NCBI GenBank assembly: GCA_963827475.1 | Contig: CAWHAZ010000005.1 | Coordinates: 832,001 to 896,000, forward strand | Direction of reading: 5' to 3' | Source: an uncultured Chloroflexia bacterium | Lineage (GTDB): Bacteria > Chloroflexota > Limnocylindria > QHBO01 | DNA length: 64,000 nucleotides | Part shown: one piece after another, positions 35,539-45,857 of the stretch | Layout: the number at the start of each line of letters is the position of its first letter | How positions within the stretch are numbered: position 1 is the first letter of the stretch | Translations under genes and position numbers: made by a program | The notes under the pieces: generated by a model | The model's database searches: none | The model's input: the letters and a program-made list of their open reading frames with translations, nothing else | Told to the model about the DNA's origin: nothing

Positions 35539-36711
35539 GTGCCGCCACCCATCAGCTTCGAGGTCCGGCCCACGGGCGTCGGCCGCGCCCGCCTGGGTCG
35601 GCTGGACACGCCGCACGGCACCGTGGACACGCCGCAGTTCATGCCAGTCGGAACCCAGGCCACGGTAAAGGCGGTCACCCCGCGCGACCTCCGCCAGGCC
35701 GGAACCACCATCCTGCTCGCCAACACCTACCACCTCACCCTCCGGCCGGGAGAGGAGCGGATCGCCCGGTTGGGCGGACTGCACGAATTCATGGCCTGGG
35801 ACGGACCGATCCTCACCGACTCCGGTGGCTACCAGGTCTTCAGCCTCGGCCATCTGCGAACGGTGGACGACGATGGCGTGACCTTCGCCTCGCACCTCGA
35901 TGGATCGGCAGTCCGCCTCACCCCGGAACGGGCGATCGAGATCCAGGAGGCACTGGGCAGTGACATCGCCATGGTCCTGGACCACCTGGTCGGGTCGGAC
36001 GCGCCGCCGGGCGAGACGTCGGCGGCCATGGACCGGACGCACGCCTGGGCGGCTCGTTCCCTCGCGTCCCGGCGGCGGGCCGACCAGGCGGTGTTCGGGA
36101 TCATCCAGGGCGGGGTGGATCGCTCCCTGCGGCAGGCGTCAGCCCGCGCCATCGGCGGGCTGCCCTTCGACGGCATCGCCATCGGTGGCCTGTCGGTCGG
36201 GGAGTCGAAGGCGGACATGGCCGCGGCCCTGGAAACGGTCGCCGACGCGCTGGCCGACGACCCGCGTCCGCGCTACCTGATGGGGGTCGGGTCGCCGGAG
36301 GATTTCTTCGTCGCCATCGAGCATGGGGTGGACCTGTTCGACTGCGTGCTCCCCACCCGCCTGGCGCGCCACGGGCAGCTGTGGACCTCGGAAGGGCGTC
36401 TCCGGCTGGCGAACACGGCGGTCCAGGACGACCCCCGCCCGGTGGACGCAGCCTGCGGCTGCGAGACCTGCCGCGACTACTCCCGGGCATACCTCGCCCA
36501 CCTGTTCCGGGCCGGGGAGCTGCTCGTCCATCGGCTCACTTCGGTCCATAACCTCACCTATACTCTCGACCTGATGCGGGCCATCCGCCAGGCGCTCACG
36601 GATGGCGGCTACGAGGCCCTTCGCGACCGCGTGACAGGCCAGTTCGCGGCTCCGGACGACGACCCGCAATCAAGCAGTAACGAGCCGATACAGGACGCTG
36701 TCCGAGACTGA
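35539..36711 (+). CDS. tgt: tRNA-guanine transglycosylase
   Basis: TPQFMPVGT, NTYHL, LTDSGGYQ, GGLSVGE, FDCVLPTR and a CxCxxC zinc site. Confidence 0.97.
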   Translation: MPPPISFEVRPTGVGRARLGRLDTPHGTVDTPQFMPVGTQATVKAVTPRDLRQAGTTILLANTYHLTLRPGEERIARLGGLHEFMAWDGPILTDSGGYQVFSLGHLRTVDDDGVTFASHLDGSAVRLTPERAIEIQEALGSDIAMVLDHLVGSDAPPGETSAAMDRTHAWAARSLASRRRADQAVFGIIQGGVDRSLRQASARAIGGLPFDGIAIGGLSVGESKADMAAALETVADALADDPRPRYLMGVGSPEDFFVAIEHGVDLFDCVLPTRLARHGQLWTSEGRLRLANTAVQDDPRPVDAACGCETCRDYSRAYLAHLFRAGELLVHRLTSVHNLTYTLDLMRAIRQALTDGGYEALRDRVTGQFAAPDDDPQSSSNEPIQDAVRD

Positions 36712-36749
36712 TCCTGCGTCGGACATCGACAGGGACGAGTGATACGCCG

Positions 36750-36899
36750 ATGGGCAATCGAGACCGCCCCAAGAAGCAGCCGAAGCGCCAGAAGAAGGAC
36801 AAGGCCCACAAGGCCGCGCCGCCGATGGTCTACGAGCCCACGACGGTGGAGGTCATCAAGCCGACCCGCAAGCCGCGCGACGAACCCGACGCCGGGTGA
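36750..36899 (+). CDS. Small basic protein, 49 aa, absent from the ORF track
   Basis: [49 protein letters not shown]. Strong G/C third-position bias; fills the tgt-recA gap. Confidence 0.7.
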   Translation: MGNRDRPKKQPKRQKKDKAHKAAPPMVYEPTTVEVIKPTRKPRDEPDAG

Positions 36900-36943
36900 C
36901 CCGCGAAGCCACCCGAGCAGTCAGGAAGGAGCCCGGATCCCGC

Positions 36944-38056
36944 ATGGACGCGACAGCGGCCGCCCCCAAGACCAAGGCCAACGGGGAGAAGAACCCGGCC
37001 AACGGCGAGCGCGCCCGCGCGGTCGATGCGGCCATCCTCCAGATCGAGAAGCAGTTCGGGCAGGGCGCGATCATGCGGCTCGGCGACACCGGTGCGCGGA
37101 TGGCGGTCGATGTCATTCCGACCGGGTCGATCGCGCTCGACCTCGCCCTCGGCGTGGGCGGCGTGCCGCGCGGCCGGATCACGGAGATCTTCGGCCCCGA
37201 GTCGAGCGGCAAGACGACCCTGTGCTACCACATCGCCGCCAACGCCCAGAAGACCGGCGGGATCGTGGCCTTCATCGACGCCGAGCACGCGCTGGACCCG
37301 GGGTACGCCCGCAACCTGGGCGTCAACGTGGACGAGCTGCTCGTCAGCCAGCCGGACACCGGGGAGCAGGCACTCGAGATCGCGGAGACCCTCATTCGGA
37401 GCAGCGGCGTGGACGTCGTCATCGTCGACTCGGTGGCGGCCCTCGTGCCGCGGGCGGAGATCGAAGGCGAGATGGGGGACTCCTTCGTCGGCCTCCAGGC
37501 CCGGCTCATGAGCCAGGCGCTGCGCAAGCTCACCGGCGCCGTGAGCCGCTCGAACACGGCGCTGGTCTTCACCAACCAGCTGCGCGAAAAGATCGGGGTC
37601 ATGTTCGGCAACCCCGAGACCACGCCCGGCGGCCGCGCCCTGAAGTTCTACGCCTCGATCCGGATGGACATCCGTCGGATCGAGACGCTGAAGAACGGGA
37701 CCGATGCGTTCGGCAGCCGGACCCGGGTCAAGGTCGTGAAGAACAAGGTCGCCTCGCCTTTCCGGATCGCGGAGTTCGACATCCTCTACAACGAGGGCAT
37801 CTCCCGCGAGGGCGGCCTGCTCGACGTCGGGATCGCGTCGGGCGTGCTGTCGAAGACGGGCGCGTGGTTCAACTACGGCGACACCCGCCTCGGCAACGGC
37901 CGCGAGGCGGCGCGCGAGTTCCTGAAGGCCAACCCCGGCATGGCCGACGCGATCGAGGACGAGATCCGCGGCCGGGTGGCGGCCATCACCATCGGCGACG
38001 ACGGGACGGTGCCCGAGTCGGAGTCGGCGACCGCGGAGTCCGCGACCCCGGCCTGA
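36944..38056 (+). CDS. recA: Recombinase RecA
   Basis: [43 protein letters not shown] precedes the ATG. Confidence 0.98.
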   Translation: MDATAAAPKTKANGEKNPANGERARAVDAAILQIEKQFGQGAIMRLGDTGARMAVDVIPTGSIALDLALGVGGVPRGRITEIFGPESSGKTTLCYHIAANAQKTGGIVAFIDAEHALDPGYARNLGVNVDELLVSQPDTGEQALEIAETLIRSSGVDVVIVDSVAALVPRAEIEGEMGDSFVGLQARLMSQALRKLTGAVSRSNTALVFTNQLREKIGVMFGNPETTPGGRALKFYASIRMDIRRIETLKNGTDAFGSRTRVKVVKNKVASPFRIAEFDILYNEGISREGGLLDVGIASGVLSKTGAWFNYGDTRLGNGREAAREFLKANPGMADAIEDEIRGRVAAITIGDDGTVPESESATAESATPA

Positions 38057-38060
38057 CCGG

Positions 38061-38633
38061 GTGACAACGCCTCGGAAGCGCGCGGGGAGGGCCTCGGAGC
38101 CGAAGCCTCCGCCGGATCCCGAGCAGGCGTTCGAGATCGCGGGACGCTTCCTCGGGACGCGGCCTCGCTCTCGCTGGGAAGTCGAGCAGCGGCTTCGCCG
38201 TGCCGGCGCGTCCGACGAGGTGGTGGCCGCCACGCTCGAGCGCCTGGAGCGGATCGGGTTCGTGGACGACGAGGCCTTCGCCCGGTGGTGGGTGGAGCAG
38301 CGCGATCGCCACGCCCCGCGCGGACGGATGGCGCTCGAATCTGAGTTGCGGGCCAAGCGGCTGTCGCCGGCGGTCATCGCGTCGCTGCGGGACGCGCCGG
38401 ACGGGGAGCTGCCGGCCACCGATGACGAGCGGGCGGCCGCCGCGCTTGACCGGCACCTGAAGGGACGGCCGCTGCCAGAGGACCCGAAGGCGCTCCAGCG
38501 GCTCGGGATGTTCCTCGTGAGACGCGGCTTCGAGCCGGGCACGGCGCGGCGCGTCCTCCAGGCAGCTTCCGCCGAAAGTACTGGTGCCGAAAGTACTGCC
38601 GGAGGGGGTCGTTCCGCCGCGGACGAGGACTAG
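38061..38633 (+). CDS. recX: Regulatory protein RecX
   Basis: RPRSRWEV, GFVDDEAFA, ELRAK, FLVRRGF; directly follows recA. Confidence 0.88.
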   Translation: MTTPRKRAGRASEPKPPPDPEQAFEIAGRFLGTRPRSRWEVEQRLRRAGASDEVVAATLERLERIGFVDDEAFARWWVEQRDRHAPRGRMALESELRAKRLSPAVIASLRDAPDGELPATDDERAAAALDRHLKGRPLPEDPKALQRLGMFLVRRGFEPGTARRVLQAASAESTGAESTAGGGRSAADED

Positions 38634-38675
38634 CCTCGCATGAGGTGACGAGGCGCGTCACCAACAGGCGATGGC

Positions 38676-38762
38676 CTGAAAAAGGCAAACCTGCCGCGAG
38701 GTGGGGACGCAAAGCCAAGGGTCTCGTGGTCGAACCCCACGAGACAGCCCGGCCGCCAGAAT
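38676..38762 (+). ncRNA. c-di-GMP-I (GEMM-I) riboswitch
   Basis: GGCAAAC-CTGCC-GCGA-GGTGG-GGACGCAAAGCC-AAGGGTCTCGTGG...CCACGAGACAGCCCGGCCGCC fits the recalled GEMM-I layout: GNRA-capped P2, GACGCAAAGC junction, P3. Confidence 0.88.
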
Positions 38763-38793
38763 GCCCTCGCATCATTCTGTGAAGGGGAGAGTG

Positions 38794-40485
38794 ATGCAGG
38801 CAGTCAGCACCGCAGGCGCGGATGTCGACGGTCGACGCGACCGCGCCGCCGACCGCGCTCTGGTAACCCACATCGAGCTTCCCGCCGGTCCTGTTGCACG
38901 GCTGCGGATCCTCTTCGGCGTGTCCTGGGAATACTTCCGATCGGGCCCTTCATCCGGCGGGAGTCGGCCCTTTGGGCGTCCGCATCGCTTTGCGACTGCC
39001 CTGACCGCCTTTGCGCTCTTCGCCTCGGTCGTGGCGCCTTCCGCATCCATGGGCGCGACCTACGATCCGGCCACCGATCCGTACGCGATGTCCAACACGA
39101 CCCTCTTGATGGGCGCCGCCGCCTGGTGGCAGGCGGGATACACGGGCGCCGGGGTGGACGTCGCGGTCATCGACACGGGAGTCAACCCGGTCGAGGGACT
39201 GGCCACTCCCGGCAAGATCGTCTACGGCCCCGACCTGTCCCTGGAATCGCAGGCCGACGCCTACCGGCACCTCGACACCAATGGGCACGGGACGTTCATG
39301 GCGGGCCTGATCGCCGGCCGGGATTCCGGACTCCAGCAGCCGTACGCCTCCGCTCCGGCGTCGGCCTACCGGGGTGTCGCCCCGGATGCCCGAGTCGTGA
39401 GCCTCAAGGTGGGCGTCGCGGACGGCGGCGTCGATGTCTCGCAGGTGATCGCGGCCATCGACTGGGTCGTCCAGCATCGGTACGACAACGGGATGAACAT
39501 CCGCGTCATCAACCTGTCCTACGGGACGAACTCGACCCAGGATGCGATCTTCGATCCGCTGTCGTTCGCCGCCGAGCAGGCGTGGAAGAAGGGGATCGTG
39601 GTCGTGGCGGCCGGGGGCAACGCGGGCTTCCAGCGGCACATGAACAACGCGCCGGCCCTCGCCAACCCGGCGAATAACCGCTACCTGCTGGCCGTCGGCT
39701 CGACCGACTCGCTCGGCACCGCTGTGCTCGCCGACGACGTCGTCCCGGCGTTCTCGCCGTGGCCGAAGCGCGGCGCGACGAGGGGTGTCGACCTGGTCGC
39801 CCCGGGTGTCCGCCTCCAGGGCCTGCGCGTCCCGAACAGCTACATCGACCTCAACTACCCCGCGGGACAGCTCGGTGATCGCTTCTTCCGGGGCAGCGGC
39901 ACGTCGGAGTCGGCCGCACTCGTTTCGGGCGCCGTGGCGCTCGTCCTGCAGAAGTACCCCGACGCCACGCCGGACCAGGTCAAGGCGCTGCTCATGGGCA
40001 GCGGGTACGAGATCAATGCCAAGGCGCAGGCCATCGGCGGCGGTGAGGTCCAACTCACTCAGGCGCTCACCATGAACCTGCCGATCTCCGTGCAGATCTG
40101 GCCGTCCTCGGTCGGTACCGGATCGCTCGAGCTGGCCCGCGGCACGGACCACGTCTCCGACGATGGGGTCGTGCTGTCCGGCGAGCAGGACATCTTCGGC
40201 CACGAATTCAATTCGCCGGCCATGGCCGCTCTCGAAGCCGCAGGCAACTCGTGGTCCGGTGGCGTCTGGAACGGCAACAGCTGGTCGGGCAACTCGTGGT
40301 CCGGCAACTCGTGGTCCGGCAACAGCTGGAGTGGGAACAGCTGGTCGGGCAACTCGTGGTCCGGCAACAGCTGGAGTGGGAACAGCTGGTCGGGCAACTC
40401 GTGGTCCGGCAACAGCTGGAGTGGGAACAGCTGGTCGGGCAACTCGTGGTCCGGCAACAGCTGGAGCACGGGCGGCTGGAACTAG
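38794..40485 (+). CDS. S8 subtilase with C-terminal (GNSWS)n Trp-pentapeptide tail
   Basis: Catalytic motifs VAVIDTG, NGHGTFMAG, AAGGN, GSGTSES. Internal hydrophobic signal/TM segment. AAGGGGAG precedes ATG 38794. Confidence 0.9.
   Translation: MQAVSTAGADVDGRRDRAADRALVTHIELPAGPVARLRILFGVSWEYFRSGPSSGGSRPFGRPHRFATALTAFALFASVVAPSASMGATYDPATDPYAMSNTTLLMGAAAWWQAGYTGAGVDVAVIDTGVNPVEGLATPGKIVYGPDLSLESQADAYRHLDTNGHGTFMAGLIAGRDSGLQQPYASAPASAYRGVAPDARVVSLKVGVADGGVDVSQVIAAIDWVVQHRYDNGMNIRVINLSYGTNSTQDAIFDPLSFAAEQAWKKGIVVVAAGGNAGFQRHMNNAPALANPANNRYLLAVGSTDSLGTAVLADDVVPAFSPWPKRGATRGVDLVAPGVRLQGLRVPNSYIDLNYPAGQLGDRFFRGSGTSESAALVSGAVALVLQKYPDATPDQVKALLMGSGYEINAKAQAIGGGEVQLTQALTMNLPISVQIWPSSVGTGSLELARGTDHVSDDGVVLSGEQDIFGHEFNSPAMAALEAAGNSWSGGVWNGNSWSGNSWSGNSWSGNSWSGNSWSGNSWSGNSWSGNSWSGNSWSGNSWSGNSWSGNSWSGNSWSTGGWN
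40243..40482 (+). repeat. Coding 15-nt tandem repeat, 16 units (GNSWS, GGVWN, 13x GNSWS, TGGWN)
   Basis: Read codon by codon; includes a perfect 3x45-nt higher-order repeat at 40318-40452. Confidence 0.97.
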
Positions 40486-40518
40486 GCGGCTCAAGGCCCG
40501 GAGTGGGCTGACGACGCT

Positions 40519-43173
40519 ATGAACGGCCGCCTCGGGGAGCGCCTGCGCCACTACCCCGGTCTCGGCCGGGGCAGGACGCTTGGCGCACCGATGGCTCAGG
40601 CTGTCGTGGCTCGACTGACCCGGGTGCCGCTCGTATCGCGGGTCTGGGCCTTCGTGTTGCTGATCGACGTCGCCGCGGTGGCGGTGGCCGTCCTGGTGCT
40701 CCCCGGGCTGGAGCCCCTGGATCCGTCATGGCAGCTGCCCTGGTTCGTGCTCGCCGGCGGTTTCTGGGCCGCCGAGGCCCGCGTCATCCACTTCCATTTC
40801 CGCCGAGGGGCTCACACGTTCTCGTTGAATGAGCTCCCGCTCGTCATCGGCATGTTCCTCGCCGCTCCGCTGGACGTCGTCATCGCGCAGGTGGTGGGAT
40901 CCGCGGTGGCCCTGGCCTGGAACCGCCGGCAGCCCCCGGTCAAGCTGGCCTTCAACATCGGTTCGTTTGCGCTGTCGTCGAGCATTGGGCTCGCGGTCTT
41001 CCACATGGTCGGGTCCGGACCGATGACCGATCCATCTCGTTGGTTGGCGGCCTTCCTCGGCACGGGGATCGCGAACGTGGTGGGCGTCTTCGCGGTGGCT
41101 GCCGCGCTCACCGTGTCCGAGGGCAGCCTGGGGTTGGCAAAGCTGCGGCAGATGCTCGGCGTGTCATCGGTCGTCGCCGCCACGAACACGAGCGTGGCCC
41201 TGCTGGCGGTCATCATCGTCATCGCCGACCCGCGCGCGGCATGGCTCCTGGTCGTGCCCATCGCCACCCTCTTCTTCGGGTATCGAGCCTTCATCGGAGC
41301 GCGACAGCAGCACGAGTCCATGGAGCTCCTGTACGAGTCCACGCGCATCCTCCAGCGCACGCCCGAGCTCGACTCGGCGCTCGTCCAGCTGCTGGTCCAT
41401 AGCCGGACGATGTTCCGTGCGGAGCGCGCGGAGATCGTCATCTTCCCCGCCGAGCCGTCGGAGGCGTACCTGGTGACATCGGTGGCGGAGGACCGGACGA
41501 CGGTCATGGCGCCCGGCGACGCCGCCATCTGGAAACCACTCCACGCCTACCTGGCCGAGCACCCGAAAGCGTTCCTCCTGAACTCCACCTCCCTCGAGCT
41601 TGGCGAGGACCGCGAAGTCCGAGACGCGATGGTGGCGCCGTTGGGGACCGACGAGGGCATCGTTGGTGCGATGGTCGTGACCAACCGGCTCGGGGACGTG
41701 ACCACCTTCACCGCGGAAGATCTGCGCCTGTACGCGACGGTCGCCAGCCACGCCGGCACGGCCCTGGAGAATGGGCAGCTGGAGCGCTCGCTGACCAAGC
41801 TGTCCGTTCTGCAGGATGAGCTCAAGCACCAGGCATTTCACGACGGGCTGACCCAGCTGGCCAACCGCAGCCTGTTCCGCGAGAACGTCGATGCGCGGCT
41901 GGCCGCAATCACGCGCAGCCGGCGATCGGTAGTGATGTTCGTGGACCTCGACGATTTCAAGTTCGTGAACGACACGTACGGACACGAGGTGGGGGACGCC
42001 ATGCTGGTGGAGGTCGCGCGACGGCTCAACCTCTGCACCCGGACGGCCGATCTGACCGCTCGCCTGGGCGGCGACGAGTTCGCGATCCTGGTGGACGACC
42101 ATGCCGACCTGTCCAACGCCGAGCAGGTTGCGCAGCGCGTCACCGACTCGATCGGCCAGCCGTTCCTGATCGGGGACATCCAGACCCACGTCACCGCCAG
42201 CATCGGAATTGCCGCCGGACGGCAGGGAGGCTCGGCCGAGGACCTCCTCCGCCAGGCCGATATCGCGATGTACAGCGCCAAGGCAGCCGGAAAGGGCCGC
42301 TGGGCGGTGTACAAGGCGTCGATGCTGAAAGGCATCCAATCCCGGCATGACGCCGGCGAGGAGCTGCGCCGGGCCGTCGACCTCGGCGAGTTCGAGCTCC
42401 GCTACCAGCCGGTCGTCTCGCTCGAGTCGGGGGCGATCGTCGGCGCCGAGGCGCTGCTGCGCTGGAACCATCCCACCCGAGGCGAGGTCGAGCCGGACGA
42501 GTTCATCGGGGCCGCCGAAGACGGCGCGATCATCGTGCCCATCGGTCGCTGGGTGCTGGACGAGGCCTGTCGCCAGGCAGCGCGCTGGGGATCCGGCGAT
42601 GGATCGGGAGCGCCGTGGGTGGCCGTCAACCTCTCAGCGCGCCAGCTGCTTCACCCCACCCTCCTCGACGACGTCCGCGGCGCCATCGCCCGGTCCGGCC
42701 TGGCGCCGGCAAGCGTGGTGCTGGAGGTGACCGAGAGCGTGCTCCTGCACGACGCGGAGGCGGCGATCGCCGTCATCAGCGATCTGCGCAGGCTGGGGAT
42801 CCGGGTTGCCCTCGATGACTTCGGGACCGGATTCTCGTCGCTCAGCTACCTCCATCGGTTCCCGATCGACATCCTGAAGATCGGGCCCGGCTTCGTCGGG
42901 GTTGGGGATCGGAGCGACACCCGGTGGATCCTGACCGATGCGATCATCTCCCTCGGCAAGGCGCTTGGCCACCAGGTCGTGGCGGAGGGAGTCGAGCGCC
43001 GACATCAGGTCCAGCGCCTGAAAGCCGCCGGCTGTGAGCTGGCCCAGGGCTTCTTCTTCGCTCGGCCGCTGCACCCGGACACCCTCGCCACCCAGTTTGC
43101 GCATGACCTGGCCCAACGCCAGGGGTCGGACCGGATGGTGCAGTCGGAGGTCGGCGTAGACCAGGCCGCGTAG
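40519..43173 (+). CDS. Multi-TM sensor - GAF - GGDEF - EAL protein
   Basis: About 6-7 N-terminal TM helices, GAF-like segment, HDGLTQLANR, DLDDFK.VND.YGH..GD, RTAD I-site plus GGDEF, EALLRW, DDFGTGFSSL, VAEGVE. Confidence 0.92.
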   Translation: MNGRLGERLRHYPGLGRGRTLGAPMAQAVVARLTRVPLVSRVWAFVLLIDVAAVAVAVLVLPGLEPLDPSWQLPWFVLAGGFWAAEARVIHFHFRRGAHTFSLNELPLVIGMFLAAPLDVVIAQVVGSAVALAWNRRQPPVKLAFNIGSFALSSSIGLAVFHMVGSGPMTDPSRWLAAFLGTGIANVVGVFAVAAALTVSEGSLGLAKLRQMLGVSSVVAATNTSVALLAVIIVIADPRAAWLLVVPIATLFFGYRAFIGARQQHESMELLYESTRILQRTPELDSALVQLLVHSRTMFRAERAEIVIFPAEPSEAYLVTSVAEDRTTVMAPGDAAIWKPLHAYLAEHPKAFLLNSTSLELGEDREVRDAMVAPLGTDEGIVGAMVVTNRLGDVTTFTAEDLRLYATVASHAGTALENGQLERSLTKLSVLQDELKHQAFHDGLTQLANRSLFRENVDARLAAITRSRRSVVMFVDLDDFKFVNDTYGHEVGDAMLVEVARRLNLCTRTADLTARLGGDEFAILVDDHADLSNAEQVAQRVTDSIGQPFLIGDIQTHVTASIGIAAGRQGGSAEDLLRQADIAMYSAKAAGKGRWAVYKASMLKGIQSRHDAGEELRRAVDLGEFELRYQPVVSLESGAIVGAEALLRWNHPTRGEVEPDEFIGAAEDGAIIVPIGRWVLDEACRQAARWGSGDGSGAPWVAVNLSARQLLHPTLLDDVRGAIARSGLAPASVVLEVTESVLLHDAEAAIAVISDLRRLGIRVALDDFGTGFSSLSYLHRFPIDILKIGPGFVGVGDRSDTRWILTDAIISLGKALGHQVVAEGVERRHQVQRLKAAGCELAQGFFFARPLHPDTLATQFAHDLAQRQGSDRMVQSEVGVDQAA

Positions 43174-43217
43174 CGCGGCGCAGACGGGGCACAACCGGCC
43201 GGGTACCCTCTGCCCCG

Positions 43218-44210
43218 ATGCGCTTCGCCCTGATGACCGAGCCCCAGCAGGGGCTGTCCTACGACGAGATCCTCTCCGCCGCGCGGGCGGCCGAGACAGC
43301 AGGGTTCGAGGCGTTCTTCCGCTCCGACCACTACGCGAGCTTCCCCGGCCCGCCGGACAACCCGACGACTGACGCGTGGGCCACCCTCGCCGGCCTGGCC
43401 CGCGACACGGCGACCATCCACCTCGGGACGCTCGTGTCGCCGGTCACCTTCCGCCATCCGGGCAACCTGGCCAAGGTCGCGGCCACCGTCGACGAGATGA
43501 GCGGGGGCCGGGTCGAGGTCGGCCTGGGAGCCGGCTGGAACGACGTGGAGCACGCCGGGTATGGATTCCGTTACCCGGACCTCCCGGAGCGCTACGACAT
43601 GGTCGAGGAGACGCTCACCATCATCCACGGCCTGTGGACCGAGCCCGACGGTTGGTCGTTCACCGGGACGCACTGGCAGGTCCGCGACGCCCTGTTCCGC
43701 CCGCGGCCCACGGCATCGGGGAAGAAGCATCCGAACCTCCTCCTCGGCGGCGAGGGCGGCCCGCGCCAGGCCCGCCTGGTCGCCACCTGGGCCGACGAGT
43801 ACAACCGCACGTCGGCCTCGCCAACCAATGTCGGCGCGTCCTACGAGCGGGTGCGCGCCGCGTGCGAGGCGATCGGTCGCGATCCGGCCGAGGTCGAGCT
43901 GTCCGCCATGGTCGGTGTGCTGGTCGCGGAAACGGCGACGGAGCTGCAGGAGCGCGTCCGGGCCCAGCTGGCGGCATTCGGGTCAGACGCGCGTGGGGAT
44001 GGCGAAGCCTGGCTGGCCGAGCGGCGGGGGAGATGGATCCTGGGGACCCCGGACGAGGCACGGGAGCAGATCCGGGTCTTCGAGCAGGCGGGGGCGCAGC
44101 GGCTGATGCTCCAGGACTTCCTGCCCCGCGATCTCGACATGATTGGTCTGCTCGGGCAGATCGCCCGCAGCCTGAGCGCGGGAGGCGACCACCGGGACCA
44201 GTTGGAGTAG
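43218..44210 (+). CDS. LLM-class (putative F420-dependent) oxidoreductase
   Basis: EPQQG, FFRSDHY, TDAWATLAGLAR, FRHPG, DEMSGGRVEVGLGAGW. Confidence 0.88.
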   Translation: MRFALMTEPQQGLSYDEILSAARAAETAGFEAFFRSDHYASFPGPPDNPTTDAWATLAGLARDTATIHLGTLVSPVTFRHPGNLAKVAATVDEMSGGRVEVGLGAGWNDVEHAGYGFRYPDLPERYDMVEETLTIIHGLWTEPDGWSFTGTHWQVRDALFRPRPTASGKKHPNLLLGGEGGPRQARLVATWADEYNRTSASPTNVGASYERVRAACEAIGRDPAEVELSAMVGVLVAETATELQERVRAQLAAFGSDARGDGEAWLAERRGRWILGTPDEAREQIRVFEQAGAQRLMLQDFLPRDLDMIGLLGQIARSLSAGGDHRDQLE

Positions 44211-44324
44211 AGTACCCGCCACCGATCGTCGGACCGAACCCCGCCCATCGGCTTGACAGACCGTTAACGCGGGCCCTGGCAGGGCACGCCCGGACCTGAT
44301 CCTCGCTCCTAGAGGAAGGGAGCC

Positions 44325-45853
<1,529 letters not shown>

Positions 45854-45857
<4 letters not shown>

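Noticed and set aside
36712-36943. LexA box upstream of recA
   Set aside because: No GAAC-N4-GTTC or CTGT-N8-ACAG match seen.
40243-40482. CRISPR array
   Set aside because: The units are 15-nt in-frame codon repeats with no unique spacers, and there are no cas genes.
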